Position numbers and translations under genes: made by a program. DNA of 64,000 nucleotides from positions 12,695 to 76,694 of IMG/VR virus record IMGVR_UViG_3300045581_000334; one strand, given 5' to 3'. Under the pieces are notes generated by a model. That model saw only the letters and a program-made list of their open reading frames with translations, made no database searches and was not told the DNA's origin. Source of the stretch: a virus. This document shows, one piece after another, positions 20,352 through 31,318 of this stretch. Positions within the stretch are counted from its first letter, which is position 1. Each line of letters starts with the position of its first letter.

Positions 20352-20369
20352 TAGTTATTTCACCTACCC

Positions 20370-21788
20370 TTATTTTATCAATTCACTAACGGAACCGAGG
20401 AAAGTGCCGTTCCATTTTGATTTCTTTATTGTTACTTCCTGAGACCCGCCAAGGTCTGAGGACTTCTTAATTGCAGTCTCTGATTCGACTGCGTCTACTC
20501 TCTTCTCAACACCATCAATGGTATTTTTGATCGCATTTACTGCTTCTGAGAGTGCTGTGTGCTTTTCTGCTAATTCTGAAATTCTAGCATCTACGCCCTT
20601 GCTGAAAGTTTCAACTGTTTCTTTAATAGCTGAGACCTGAGCGGCGTTTGCCTCAGAGGCTTTTTCCAAAGTCTCCGAGAAGAACCCCTTAAGGTCGCCT
20701 AGCATCTTTGCAAAATCAGGTTCACTAACTTCAGCTTCTGATACGTCGGCTGCTTTTTCCAGAACTTCGGCAGAAGTGTTTTCTTCTGTAGTATTCTCTA
20801 CCTCTTCAGACTTATTCAGATCAGCTGCAGGAGCTTGCGCTACTGGTGCTTCAGGAGCTTGCGCTACTGGTGCTGCTGGTGCTGCTGGTGCTTTTGCTGC
20901 TTGTGCCTTTGCATTTTGTTCTGCAAGTACATCTTTAGCATCACGAGCTTTCTCCAAAGTCTCTTCGGTAGTTGTTGTGGTATCTACGTTATTTTCCACT
21001 TCATTACCTCCTTCTGCGTTTGCCTGTTTTGCAATTGTTTGTGTATCAGGCAACGTTTGCAATCTTGATTTATATGAATCAAGAATCTTATCTATTTCTT
21101 TTGACTTGTTAGTGTCATTTGATTCCACCCAACCAATAAGTTCTGTCTTCTTACCAGTAACTGGTGAAATATACTCAGACTCTGTTGACATAAATACAGA
21201 ATCACTTTCTGCACAATAAAAAATATTCTCCATTTTTACATCTGCAGCAATGCCCTTGAAAATCATTTGACCATTGACTTTTTCAATAGACAATATGTTA
21301 CAGAGTTCATTTGCTGGAGAATCAACTATTGATAATTCAACAAGTGAGTAATCTTTAATGAAACGGACGCTTTGTCCTGTAGACTTATTTACTTCCGTAT
21401 CTGAGTCTATAATTTTTCCGCCGATTGAAAATCCTGTAAGTGTTCCATCAAGAACTTTTTCCCAAGTATCTTGTGCGCCTTTTGAAATGTATGCATCAAC
21501 ATACACTCCGTTATAAAATTCTTTTGTTTTTGGATCATAATAAGTTTCTGGTCTAAAAGATGCAACTTTGCCAACCGCCATCGGCTGATGCATTTCTCTT
21601 AGATTTCCACGGAAGCTTTCAAATGCTTTCATGCTTGCTTCTTGCGTGACCACATCACCAGTCTGATCTAGGTTATCAAGTGTTGCGAAACCTGAGACTG
21701 TTCTCTTTTCTCTGTTGACCTTCGTAAATGGAACTGATAAATTAATAGCATTTCCATTCGAAGACCAATGTGATTTTTCAATGGTCAT
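20370..21788 (-). CDS. Prohead protease fused to a scaffold-like region
   Basis: REMH...GFSIGG...ELSIVDSPAN HK97-type protease motifs; acidic, Ala/Pro-rich coiled C-terminus. Confidence 0.9.
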   Translation of the reverse strand: MTIEKSHWSSNGNAINLSVPFTKVNREKRTVSGFATLDNLDQTGDVVTQEASMKAFESFRGNLREMHQPMAVGKVASFRPETYYDPKTKEFYNGVYVDAYISKGAQDTWEKVLDGTLTGFSIGGKIIDSDTEVNKSTGQSVRFIKDYSLVELSIVDSPANELCNILSIEKVNGQMIFKGIAADVKMENIFYCAESDSVFMSTESEYISPVTGKKTELIGWVESNDTNKSKEIDKILDSYKSRLQTLPDTQTIAKQANAEGGNEVENNVDTTTTTEETLEKARDAKDVLAEQNAKAQAAKAPAAPAAPVAQAPEAPVAQAPAADLNKSEEVENTTEENTSAEVLEKAADVSEAEVSEPDFAKMLGDLKGFFSETLEKASEANAAQVSAIKETVETFSKGVDARISELAEKHTALSEAVNAIKNTIDGVEKRVDAVESETAIKKSSDLGGSQEVTIKKSKWNGTFLGSVSELIK

Positions 21789-21843
21789 ATGTGTATATTA
21801 TAGGCTTTTATATATCTAAAGGCAAATAACTAGTTGAGTAGGA

Positions 21844-23424
21844 CTACTCGACTTGTCTGCCGTCGCCCTTTGCGTTCCTGCCCTCCCCTGAATTATCTGG
21901 GGAATTTGCGGCACGTTCTCCGTCCCTAGTTCTGCTTTGCATAGCCTGAGCTTTAATTTCAGCAGCTTTAGCGGCTAAATCGACTACTTCATCTCCGCCT
22001 TCTCTTGGAACCATACCCTTTCTAATTCTAATTTCATTAGGGGTAATTACTTGTAATCTCAAATATCTTTCATCAATCTTAGACTGAGTATCTTCATCGG
22101 TCAAGCTTAATTCATTAAATTTAAGAACTAAGGCATCCGTCATTTCTTGAATAACCTTATTTAATTTCTTTTCAAGAATATCCTGCGCTGGTGCACAAAC
22201 TTGCTCTTTAAATGTTTTATCAGCATCTCTAGCATTTGCCAATGATATTCCAGTAGCCGTTCCAACCTTATTAATTGGAACTCTGTGAGCCATTAATATT
22301 TCATCTCTATTTGCTTGGCGATAAACATTAAATGATGACTCTTGTGCTCCCGCCTCAATTGGCTCCATTTTAAATTCAGTTTTAGAATCTGGAGAATCTG
22401 GTGGTAGCGGAATATATAAAGATCTGTGGTTTTTGCCACGAAGACCTACTTGGAAAAACTCTAATAATTTACGCTCAGACTCAGGTGATAATTTAGCACC
22501 CTTTACAGTAATAATATATCTTGGGACTGCCTTATTCTCAAAATAATCTAAGTTATATTTGCCAGCAAATTCATTACCAGCCATTGCATTCTGTGCGGCA
22601 ATGATATCTGGAATTCCATAATAGTTATTCTTAGGAGTATATTTCTTCAAATGAATAATTTCATTTGGACGGTCTGTCGCCCCTGCAATTGGATTGGGGG
22701 TTTCAGTATCTCCAAAGTTGCGGAAGAATACAGCCTTGCCATACAGCAACTGCACAAAACCGTCTCTGAGGCGTCTTACACGCATTGTCTTTGAAGGGAT
22801 GTGTCCGATGTACCCTATCTTTCCAGCAGTCGTTCTACCGACCTCTAGATAGCCATTACCAGTGGCCTCTACGTCAGTATAGAACTTAATTAGGGTCTCT
22901 TTAAATGTCTCTTCCTCATTACAGTCCTCAAGCCACTGATGTAAATCTTGTTTAATTCTATTTAATTTTCTACGTGCTCTTTCTAATTGCTTCTCATCAT
23001 CAATTGAATCTAATAAATCTGTAGTCTTTCTACTTTCAATAAAGTCAAATCCTAGGCCAACGATATTAGAAACCTTAGCATTAATTGCTGCATAATTGTA
23101 TGGAGAAATTTCATATATCGTAGATAGATAATCTAAATTATATTCAGGTTGAACAAGATCAAATAATGCGTATCCGCTTACCGCCTGCTGTATCAATAAC
23201 TGCTGTGTTCCAGATCCATCTGTACCAACAAACTTTTTCTGAATGTCTCTGCTTGCTTTTCTTCTTAATGCTGGGCTAAGACCAGAGAGCTTTAATATCT
23301 CTTCGCCTTCTAGAGAAAATGGGTCATCATTCTTTTGTGTTATAGTAGAATTAAATCTAACCCAGTCTGCAGCGTTAGATATTTCTACATTGTTTGAAGG
23401 TGTGTCTTCTTCATACTCAATCAT
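21844..23424 (-). CDS. Portal protein (PBSX-like)
   Basis: TGNGYLEV, EIIHLK, YYGIPD, EILMAHRVP and ITPNEIR motifs. Confidence 0.92.
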   Translation of the reverse strand: MIEYEEDTPSNNVEISNAADWVRFNSTITQKNDDPFSLEGEEILKLSGLSPALRRKASRDIQKKFVGTDGSGTQQLLIQQAVSGYALFDLVQPEYNLDYLSTIYEISPYNYAAINAKVSNIVGLGFDFIESRKTTDLLDSIDDEKQLERARRKLNRIKQDLHQWLEDCNEEETFKETLIKFYTDVEATGNGYLEVGRTTAGKIGYIGHIPSKTMRVRRLRDGFVQLLYGKAVFFRNFGDTETPNPIAGATDRPNEIIHLKKYTPKNNYYGIPDIIAAQNAMAGNEFAGKYNLDYFENKAVPRYIITVKGAKLSPESERKLLEFFQVGLRGKNHRSLYIPLPPDSPDSKTEFKMEPIEAGAQESSFNVYRQANRDEILMAHRVPINKVGTATGISLANARDADKTFKEQVCAPAQDILEKKLNKVIQEMTDALVLKFNELSLTDEDTQSKIDERYLRLQVITPNEIRIRKGMVPREGGDEVVDLAAKAAEIKAQAMQSRTRDGERAANSPDNSGEGRNAKGDGRQVE

Positions 23425-23765
23425 TTGTTGCCCTTCCTCAATTTAGCCATTTCATCTTTGTGAACACCTATATCCAGAGGATCTGGAGTAAGCCCCCATC
23501 TCAGTCTTTGTTTTTGATACTCAAACTCTTCATCATCAATTTGTCTGCTTCCTTCAAGGAACTTCGGGTTGCCCTCCGAAATTCCATATCCTCTTACCGC
23601 CTTGGCTAATAAATTTATTCTATCTCTGTTATCTTTCATGGAGGCTATAGAAAGAAAGTTGCCTTCGTCATCGCCGATCCATCGACCATCAGGCATTTCC
23701 CAGACATATACTCCAAGCCTGGTTTCATTTTCTTTAAATTTAGCGTTTGTCTTTTTAATATCCAT
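23421..23765 (-). CDS. Hypothetical protein upstream of the portal
   Basis: ORF overlapping the portal start; TGGTAAAAT just upstream. Confidence 0.7.
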   Translation of the reverse strand: MDIKKTNAKFKENETRLGVYVWEMPDGRWIGDDEGNFLSIASMKDNRDRINLLAKAVRGYGISEGNPKFLEGSRQIDDEEFEYQKQRLRWGLTPDPLDIGVHKDEMAKLRKGNK

Positions 23766-23828
23766 AGGTAATTATTTTACCACTTTCAATGCCTCAAGTC
23801 CAGCTTTTTGTCAACTTAAATGACAAAA

Positions 23829-25592
23829 CTATGCGTTATCTAAAACCACCCAGTCAAAATCATAGGTCTTAGGGCCAAGATCTGTCAGTGTGAAGGCAGA
23901 ATCATCTGCTACCAACACCTCATCCCCTATATAGAAATTATAATTAGTTAAATGATTTACATTTGGGTCTTCATAAATTGCTATTATGTTATATAGATTA
24001 TTTGGCAAGGACCCAGACCTGACACCATTATCTGACTTTGTATTAAACCAAATCTGACCAGTTATGGCTGAGGGTGTTTTGATCATAATATAATTTGGCT
24101 CTCCTATATTTATATACTGTGATATATTTGTAATAGAAGAAACGTCTTGTCCATTTATGTATAGCCCTGATATATTTGATTTGGATAATACTCCTCCTGC
24201 CGCCCAAGACAAGCTATACTCCTGTCCGCCAGTTTCATTATAAAATAGATATCCAGATGATAAAGATTCTGGGACAATAAATAGCTCTAAAGATCTTATA
24301 TCATCTATGGTTTCCAAATAGAACCCAGCGCCTAAAGGTCTTATGCCGTTGTCATAGTTTCTCGATATTATCTGATACTCTCTGTTTGAAAAATCTACAT
24401 CCCAATTAGATCCAGAAGAAGGTTGAGATACCGAAATAAATGATCTTCCGTTATGAGAAAATAATTTTTTGTCTTCATAAAGATATGCGCCCATATAGTA
24501 TATTTCTGGAACATGTGTGTTTATATCATGTGTTTCAAACACTACCTTAAAGTATATTTGTTTTTCATTTAAGAATGTTTCGCCTAATTCTATACCTGGT
24601 ATTACAGATCCGTTGGTGCATTCTTCCCATACTGTATTTTCACCATCATAATCTAATGAAGAATACACAGAAATACCTTCAGTTCCAAACCATTCTATTT
24701 TTGAAGAAACATAGTCTTTATATGGAAGTGGAGCAATCGAAGTTTCGAAGTAATATCCTGAAGCTCCCTTTAAATACAGACTATTTTTTTCTCTTCTAAA
24801 ACCAATATTGTCATTTTCAAAAAGTGTAAATGGTATATAAGCTGGCCAGGAAAATTGATCTGGCTGGTCTTGATGCTGTAGGGTAGATTTAAATAGTTGT
24901 CCAAAATTACTTTTAACTATTTGAACATTTGTGTTTATTGGAATATGTTGATAATGAGATTGTATTTTGTTAATATTAAGAGCATACCTGTATATTGCTG
25001 GAGCATCTATTAAAAAATATTCTGATGTGTTTGCTGGGCCGCTTTCGATCTCAAGAGACGGATTTGTAAATGTCACACCTCCTACATATTTAGATGCAAC
25101 TAATTCTGAATCAACATATAGCTTAAGAGAATTTATTTCATATACTGCAACAACATGAAATGCTTTATCCCTATATGGAACGCCGTAATCTACTCTTTCA
25201 TTTTCTAACTTAAATACAATGTTTCCTTTTTCCCAATATATTCCTACCCCATTTTGATCCGCAAATATAGGAGTTAATGTAGTAATGTTTTTAGGATGAA
25301 ACCAAATTTCTAATGAGAAATCATTATCTTCTGTTTTTTCAATTCCAAATCCGCCTACTCCAGTTTGACCAGAAAAATCTTTTGTTATTGGAAAAGATAT
25401 TGTATTTGTGTTTGTTATTTTATTAGAATGTGCCCCATTTGGCACTAAAGGAATATCTACTAGGTTTATAGTTCCAGAGTACGTAGCATTGTTTCCACAT
25501 CCAGAGGAATCGTAAGCTATGGTTCCAGACGACTCATCCAGCTTCCAAAATCCGACTGGAGAATCTTTTAATATCGCACTATAGTATGACAT
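23829..25592 (-). CDS. LamG/concanavalin-like domain virion protein
   Basis: PVGFWKLDESSG, FSLEIWF, FHVVAVY, LYVD and AIYRYAL motifs. Confidence 0.75.
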   Translation of the reverse strand: MSYYSAILKDSPVGFWKLDESSGTIAYDSSGCGNNATYSGTINLVDIPLVPNGAHSNKITNTNTISFPITKDFSGQTGVGGFGIEKTEDNDFSLEIWFHPKNITTLTPIFADQNGVGIYWEKGNIVFKLENERVDYGVPYRDKAFHVVAVYEINSLKLYVDSELVASKYVGGVTFTNPSLEIESGPANTSEYFLIDAPAIYRYALNINKIQSHYQHIPINTNVQIVKSNFGQLFKSTLQHQDQPDQFSWPAYIPFTLFENDNIGFRREKNSLYLKGASGYYFETSIAPLPYKDYVSSKIEWFGTEGISVYSSLDYDGENTVWEECTNGSVIPGIELGETFLNEKQIYFKVVFETHDINTHVPEIYYMGAYLYEDKKLFSHNGRSFISVSQPSSGSNWDVDFSNREYQIISRNYDNGIRPLGAGFYLETIDDIRSLELFIVPESLSSGYLFYNETGGQEYSLSWAAGGVLSKSNISGLYINGQDVSSITNISQYINIGEPNYIMIKTPSAITGQIWFNTKSDNGVRSGSLPNNLYNIIAIYEDPNVNHLTNYNFYIGDEVLVADDSAFTLTDLGPKTYDFDWVVLDNA

Positions 25593-25604
25593 GATTTTAT
25601 TATA

Positions 25605-26171
25605 TCAGGCAAACAGTTCTGGGTTTAGTTTAGTAGGAAGCTCTGTTGTGCCTCTAACAAATACAGTGGTGAAATATCTTATATCGTCACTTAGGACGGG
25701 AAGTGAGCCGTGAACTATATGTCCTCCATGTATAAATAGCGAATTAGCTTTTGGCTTTATGGTAATTCCTAGATCAGGGTAGTCCAATTCTCCACCCTCA
25801 TAGTCATCATTAAAATATAAACACAATCCATACCCAATATAATAGTCTATATCAGTTCTCCACTGATCAGCATGATGCTGTATAAAATCTCCCTTTTTAT
25901 ACCTTTGTAAAATCATACCAGTAGGATAATACGAATAAGATTCAAATAAGGATTCCATTTTTTTATTTGCTCTTGAGAATACATTTTCTTCTTCAAAGAC
26001 TATCTGTTTGCCAAACCAGAAATCGGGAATTTGATTTTTAACTCTCATCTCTTCATTATTCCAGTCTTCTTCAGAAAAACTGTTTATAATTTTTTTTACT
26101 TCTTCAAATTCTGAGTCTGTTAGGAAATTTTCTACCTCATAAACATCATCGTATATCTTGTTTATCTTCAT
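25605..26171 (-). CDS. 2OG-Fe(II) oxygenase (prolyl 4-hydroxylase-like)
   Basis: HAD...YFNDDYEGGEL...HGS...RY. Confidence 0.88.
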   Translation of the reverse strand: MKINKIYDDVYEVENFLTDSEFEEVKKIINSFSEEDWNNEEMRVKNQIPDFWFGKQIVFEEENVFSRANKKMESLFESYSYYPTGMILQRYKKGDFIQHHADQWRTDIDYYIGYGLCLYFNDDYEGGELDYPDLGITIKPKANSLFIHGGHIVHGSLPVLSDDIRYFTTVFVRGTTELPTKLNPELFA

Positions 26172-26177
26172 AAATTC

Positions 26178-26846
26178 CTAATTATATTTATTATTATTTA
26201 TGTGACTTATCTCTATATGGTTTATATTTACATGACTAGGTAAAGATCCTACCCATCTAATTGTTTCAGCCATATCTGCAGCAGTTAAAGCGTTATCCTT
26301 TTTCTCTAACTGTGTGTCTATTGTTCCTGGGCACACTTCCGTAACCTTAATTCCATATGCTGGGAATTCCATTCTCATAGTGTCTATTAATCCCATTTCT
26401 CCACGTTTAGCATTTGAATAATTTCCGCTTCCACGGTATGGTACTTTTCCACACAAGGAAGTGACAAAAACAATAGTCGGAGATTCAGAATTTTTCATTG
26501 CTGGTACAAACAATTGAGACAAATACATTGGTCCAGAAACATTGATATCATACGCTCTTCTAAAGTTTTCCATAGTTTCGTTTATTAGATATGTTGGCCC
26601 TGCTCCACCGCCAGCATTATTTACTAATAGATCTAAAGTTATATCTTTATATTTATCGTAGAATGCCTTGATGGCTTTTTCATCAGTAATGTCTAAGCTG
26701 TATGTCTCTATGTTGTCAGAAGCAATCTCTGCCAACTTAGATAAATTACGTGACACAGCAATAACTTTGTACCCATTTTGGGATAAAACTTTTACTGTTT
26801 CGTAACCTACGCCCTTGCTAGCTCCAGTAACTATGGCGGTTTTCAT
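26178..26846 (-). CDS. Short-chain dehydrogenase/reductase
   Basis: TGASKGVG, NNAG and YSNAK motifs. Confidence 0.92.
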   Translation of the reverse strand: MKTAIVTGASKGVGYETVKVLSQNGYKVIAVSRNLSKLAEIASDNIETYSLDITDEKAIKAFYDKYKDITLDLLVNNAGGGAGPTYLINETMENFRRAYDINVSGPMYLSQLFVPAMKNSESPTIVFVTSLCGKVPYRGSGNYSNAKRGEMGLIDTMRMEFPAYGIKVTEVCPGTIDTQLEKKDNALTAADMAETIRWVGSLPSHVNINHIEISHINNNKYN

Positions 26847-26848
26847 AT

Positions 26849-27547
26849 TTACATCGTTGGATTATTTACTGGCTCCATGGTTCTATACCAATGAAGTGGT
26901 ACCATATACTTAAATCCGCTCTTAACTAAGTGTGCGGTGTGATGATATGGTGGAGATGATGGGAATATAATAACGCTCCCTGCCTCTGGCTTAATGGCTA
27001 TAGTAACTCTGTTTCCATCTTTTGCTACGGCAAAATCTTCTTCTGGCTTGCCCTGTATGATTGGTGCGTCTGGAGATTCAATGGTAAATGAAAGTTCTCC
27101 ACCCTCGTAATCATCGTTTAAATAAAACACAAGTGAGTACTTTAATCTAGTGTCTCCTTCTTGCTGATCAAAGTGTGCTCCCATGTAGGTTCCTGGGCTA
27201 TACTTCTTAATATCAAATAATGGGAAATTGATGGGAGTTTCGTTGTCTCCGTGAGCTTCCGCATAATCTTTACAAACGGCATAGAAGGCATCCATGATGG
27301 TGTTATAAATGTATCCAGCCTTATTGTCTGTTGTTTTAATTACTCTCTCTTCATCAGATGGGTTTACAGTTTTTTGAGCTCCGTAAAGATACATCTCTCC
27401 ACTACAGGCTGTCCACTCATTCCATTTAGTAACTGAATTACCCCATTCCTCATTTTCTGTGGAATCAATCATCTCCACAAACTTTTTTGGATCTGGTATT
27501 ACGTTCTTGTAATAGTAAACATTTTCTTCTAATATTTCTTTTTCCAT
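26849..27547 (-). CDS. 2OG-Fe(II) oxygenase (prolyl 4-hydroxylase-like)
   Basis: HFD...YLNDDYEGGEL...HTA...KY. Confidence 0.9.
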   Translation of the reverse strand: MEKEILEENVYYYKNVIPDPKKFVEMIDSTENEEWGNSVTKWNEWTACSGEMYLYGAQKTVNPSDEERVIKTTDNKAGYIYNTIMDAFYAVCKDYAEAHGDNETPINFPLFDIKKYSPGTYMGAHFDQQEGDTRLKYSLVFYLNDDYEGGELSFTIESPDAPIIQGKPEEDFAVAKDGNRVTIAIKPEAGSVIIFPSSPPYHHTAHLVKSGFKYMVPLHWYRTMEPVNNPTM

Positions 27548-27548
27548 G

Positions 27549-28292
27549 TCAATCTCCTATTTTATATTTCTTACCATTTGGATCAATCTTATAACCTTCT
27601 TTAAGAAGATCTTGCCACTCCGCCTTTTCTACTGCTTGCTGATCTCTAATCTTCTGCATTTCTTCTGCCCAAGCATCTCTGACTTCTTGTGGATAATCTG
27701 ATTCTTCTCTATCGTCCCAGAAAGACCCTAGAGTGTATCTAACTCCTGAAGTTATCATACTTACTTCATGCATGTTATTAAATCCGCCATCAAATGCAGC
27801 TAACAATCCAGTCTTAGGCTGTATGCTAATATCTTGTGATGGAAACTTAAGCATACCACCCTCAAAATTATCATTCAAATATAAGAAGGCTGCGTATCTA
27901 CTTCTTGCAAATGGCCCAGTGTTTCCTTTTTCATCTGTGTTGTCTGAATGTATTCTTGCATATGCTCCAGGCTCCCACTTTTGAGTATGGTATCCAATTT
28001 GAACTACCTTTTTAGGATCTAGTCCATGAACTGAAGCAACAGCATCTATAATTCCAGATCTAATTTGAGAAAATATGTCTGACTCCAAGCCAAACTCTTC
28101 TATCTCTGGATCTCCATCTTGTGGCAAAACCGATGAGTAAGATTCATAAAAAGAAATTGGAGTCCATGATAGTTTTTCTGTTTCAGCCTGCTTGTCTAAA
28201 ACTTTTATTAAAGCAGCGCACTGCTCTTCAGTTAAAAAGTTTTCATAAAGGACTATGTCCTTAGTCAATCTATTTTGATTATTTAAATTCAT
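27549..28292 (-). CDS. 2OG-Fe(II) oxygenase (prolyl 4-hydroxylase-like)
   Basis: HSD...YLNDNFEGG...HEV...RY. Confidence 0.9.
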   Translation of the reverse strand: MNLNNQNRLTKDIVLYENFLTEEQCAALIKVLDKQAETEKLSWTPISFYESYSSVLPQDGDPEIEEFGLESDIFSQIRSGIIDAVASVHGLDPKKVVQIGYHTQKWEPGAYARIHSDNTDEKGNTGPFARSRYAAFLYLNDNFEGGMLKFPSQDISIQPKTGLLAAFDGGFNNMHEVSMITSGVRYTLGSFWDDREESDYPQEVRDAWAEEMQKIRDQQAVEKAEWQDLLKEGYKIDPNGKKYKIGD

Positions 28293-29200
28293 TTTATCCT
28301 CACTAATCCATCTAGGTTTTTCTTTTGTACCTTTTCCTGGTACTCTGCCATTATTTCACCTTGCATTGATATCCACTTATCTCTGCCATACTTCTCTTCA
28401 TTCTCAAACCATTCTTTATCGCCAAGGTCATACTTTTGCCAATACATTCTAGTAAAAAGTTTTTCTCCGTTTAAGTTATTTGTAACTCCGTGTAGGTATA
28501 CCTTTCCATCTTCTGTAAGAATTTCTGGGTGCCCTGAAGGAAAAACTAAAAAATCTCCAGCTTTAGGCTTGTAAGAAAATATTTTATTATTAATAATAAA
28601 TTCAACTTCTCCGCCATCATAGTCGTCGTTTAGGTATGTAGTAGTTGTAATTGCAAATTTATATCCTGGGGTCTTAATAGGCTCTCTAATAAAGTCAGAA
28701 TGATAATTCATTGCCAATGGGTGTCCTTTTCCTGCATCATCAAAATACTTGCATAGGCTTGGACCAGTCCATCTCCAGGTGCTTATCTCAGAAACTACAG
28801 ATTGCTCAGAGTTATAAGTTTCTGAGTACAAGGAGTTTACTGGATTAGAGACATGAGTAGGATCAACATCTAGGTTAAACCTATTAATAAAATCATTATT
28901 TACTTTATGAAAACCTTTAACTAGCTCACAAATAAAATATTTTTGATCTCTTCCCTTATCGGTTGTAGGCTCTTCATGATCCCAGGCAAACTTCATTTCT
29001 CTATCGGATTTGTTAAAATTTATTCCGAACTTTTCTACTTTTTCTCCAAATTCGTACCATGGTTTCCAGTCTTCAAATATTCCTGTTTCTGAACTTCCAA
29101 TATCTTTAGCTATCCTATACATCTTGTCAACATCTTCTAATACGCCGTTATAAACTATAATATATGGATATATTTCTTCGCTATACATTCTTATCTCCAT
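28289..29200 (-). CDS. 2OG-Fe(II) oxygenase (prolyl 4-hydroxylase-like)
   Basis: HSD...YLNDDYDGGEV...HGV...K. Confidence 0.88.
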   Translation of the reverse strand: MEIRMYSEEIYPYIIVYNGVLEDVDKMYRIAKDIGSSETGIFEDWKPWYEFGEKVEKFGINFNKSDREMKFAWDHEEPTTDKGRDQKYFICELVKGFHKVNNDFINRFNLDVDPTHVSNPVNSLYSETYNSEQSVVSEISTWRWTGPSLCKYFDDAGKGHPLAMNYHSDFIREPIKTPGYKFAITTTTYLNDDYDGGEVEFIINNKIFSYKPKAGDFLVFPSGHPEILTEDGKVYLHGVTNNLNGEKLFTRMYWQKYDLGDKEWFENEEKYGRDKWISMQGEIMAEYQEKVQKKNLDGLVRIK

Positions 29201-29909
29201 CTATTAAAACCCTATAGTACTTCTTATCAGGTTCTGGCTTAACTTCTCCAGTATGTTCTAATATAGTCCAAAAGAATGGAACTGTATATCTTATGCTACC
29301 TTTTATTTCTGTTACACCGTGAATATAATTCATATCTCCAGGGAAAAAGTAGGCAGCACCTCTTTTAGGCTTAAATTGAATTCCTTGATTAGGGAAATAT
29401 AACTCTCCGCCTTCATAATCATCATTTAAATAAAACAAGCTAGCTAAATCATACCATGGAAAATCATTGGACAATCCAGCATCTGGCCCTTCATGTAATT
29501 CTTTGTCTGCGTGTGGTCTTTGGAATTGACCAGGTAGCCACCTAACGATTGTCTGCCCAGTTGGCTGAGCTTTTACCTTATAAAAATCTTCTATGATTGG
29601 CTGTAGTCTTTGAAAGAGTCCAACTATAACTGGAACAATGTTTGGATCATTTTTGTTTAAAGATGGAGCACTACAAACTCTGTCTTTCCAATAACTTGAA
29701 TCATATATAACTGTTCCATTTTCATTTACATGATCTTCTGTGTAGTCCCAAATTGTAATCTTTTTAGCAGCTGACTCAAGGAAGTTTATCTCATCTTCAG
29801 TCATAAAATTTTCTAGTTCAACAATCATATCCTTGCTGTACCCAAAAAATCCAGATGGGGTTATTGATTTCGGTGCGTGTAAGTGTATGTCTTTGTTTAC
29901 AATTTCCAT
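29181..29909 (-). CDS. 2OG-Fe(II) oxygenase (prolyl 4-hydroxylase-like)
   Basis: HAD...YLNDDYEGGELYF...HGV...RY. Confidence 0.9.
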   Translation of the reverse strand: MEIVNKDIHLHAPKSITPSGFFGYSKDMIVELENFMTEDEINFLESAAKKITIWDYTEDHVNENGTVIYDSSYWKDRVCSAPSLNKNDPNIVPVIVGLFQRLQPIIEDFYKVKAQPTGQTIVRWLPGQFQRPHADKELHEGPDAGLSNDFPWYDLASLFYLNDDYEGGELYFPNQGIQFKPKRGAAYFFPGDMNYIHGVTEIKGSIRYTVPFFWTILEHTGEVKPEPDKKYYRVLIDGDKNV

Positions 29910-29915
29910 ACTTAA

Positions 29916-30635
29916 TTATACCATTCCATTAGAAGCAGTATTATCATTTACAGATAACCTCAAAGTCTTAGTTTCATGAGAACCTAAAGAATTACCGTTC
30001 TCATCTACAGCGTCTCTATACCAATCCGTCCAGTTTCCAGAAGAATTTATAACCTGTGCGGCTTCTCCATAAGACATATTAGCATTGTGTCTAGACCTGT
30101 CATCATCTCTATACTGAACGATCTCTATAACTGAATTGTTTAAGTTACTCAAAGATATTGGAATTATTGTAGCTATTGGAGTACCAGCCTTGATTACAGT
30201 TTCTACATTTGCCTTTTTAGCTTTGATTGCTAAAGGCAATGGATTATCATAAAAAGATGTGCTCATTAAATTAGACATTGTTTCAAAATCTTCATTAAAA
30301 TAATTTACTGGATTTATTGTCCATATACTAACATCTGGGTCTGTCCTAAAAACCATACCTGTATTTAGACTTATTGTAGACTGTCCTCGTCCAGAGTAAG
30401 CATCAGCAGGTTTAGTTATCTTTACATGCTGGTCTGTCTGATCATTTATTCCATCCCAAGTAAAAATTATATCTTCTGTGCAGGATAAGTTCCATCCTAC
30501 TACGTTGGCCTGTGTTACTGGAAAACATCTGTAGGCATGCTTTTCTGAGGTAACATCCATCCATTCTCTTTTAATAGACATTGGATCTATTTTAAACTTA
30601 CACCCTTGCATTTTTTCTACCGATATATTAATCAT
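29916..30635 (-). CDS. DUF6065-like protein
   Basis: REWMD...HAYRCFPVTQANVVGW and KAGTPIATIIP motifs. Confidence 0.7.
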   Translation of the reverse strand: MINISVEKMQGCKFKIDPMSIKREWMDVTSEKHAYRCFPVTQANVVGWNLSCTEDIIFTWDGINDQTDQHVKITKPADAYSGRGQSTISLNTGMVFRTDPDVSIWTINPVNYFNEDFETMSNLMSTSFYDNPLPLAIKAKKANVETVIKAGTPIATIIPISLSNLNNSVIEIVQYRDDDRSRHNANMSYGEAAQVINSSGNWTDWYRDAVDENGNSLGSHETKTLRLSVNDNTASNGMV

Positions 30636-31318
30636 TATTCATTATCCCACTTTGGATCATACATATCTGGCGTATGATATTTTTTGCTATAATCAAGCAT
30701 TGTAACTATTGAATGTTTAGTTCCACTAGTTACTGGCATAGCTCTATGAGGATACATAAAATTAGAAGGAAATATATACAGGTCTCCAGCTTTTGGCTTT
30801 ATGTTTAAACCCTGAAGTCTAAAAAATAGCTCTCCGCCTTCGTAATCATCGTTTGGGTATGCTACAAGTGACACAGTACAGTTATAAGAATATCCATGAT
30901 CATGATGTTCTTGAAAGTGTTGGCCTGGTCCATATTTAATAAAATTAAAAGCTTCCCAATATTTTAATGGCATAATGTTAAACATTCTACGATAATCTTC
31001 AACTGCAGGATTTTGGGCATCATACACATCTTGCCACAAAGACTGTAGCTTTAATGATTCTTCGCTTTTATCTGCCTCTATGTCTGTTTTTTTAAACTTA
31101 AAATCTACACAATCTCTATAGTCTGGCATAAGTTGTTGGTATCCAACATAAGCTGGATTCCAGTGGTATCTTTTGCCATCTGGAGATAATTGTCCCCATG
31201 GGGCAACCTCTCCCAATACGCTGTCAAGTCTGTTTATAACATCAATTTCTGGTTTTATAACGTCTCTATAAACAACAATTCCTGTAGCCACTTCTTCTTT
31301 GCTAGACCATGTTTGCAT
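30635..31318 (-). CDS. 2OG-Fe(II) oxygenase (prolyl 4-hydroxylase-like)
   Basis: HHD...YPNDDYEGGEL...FPSNFMYPH...K. Confidence 0.9.
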   Translation of the reverse strand: MQTWSSKEEVATGIVVYRDVIKPEIDVINRLDSVLGEVAPWGQLSPDGKRYHWNPAYVGYQQLMPDYRDCVDFKFKKTDIEADKSEESLKLQSLWQDVYDAQNPAVEDYRRMFNIMPLKYWEAFNFIKYGPGQHFQEHHDHGYSYNCTVSLVAYPNDDYEGGELFFRLQGLNIKPKAGDLYIFPSNFMYPHRAMPVTSGTKHSIVTMLDYSKKYHTPDMYDPKWDNE

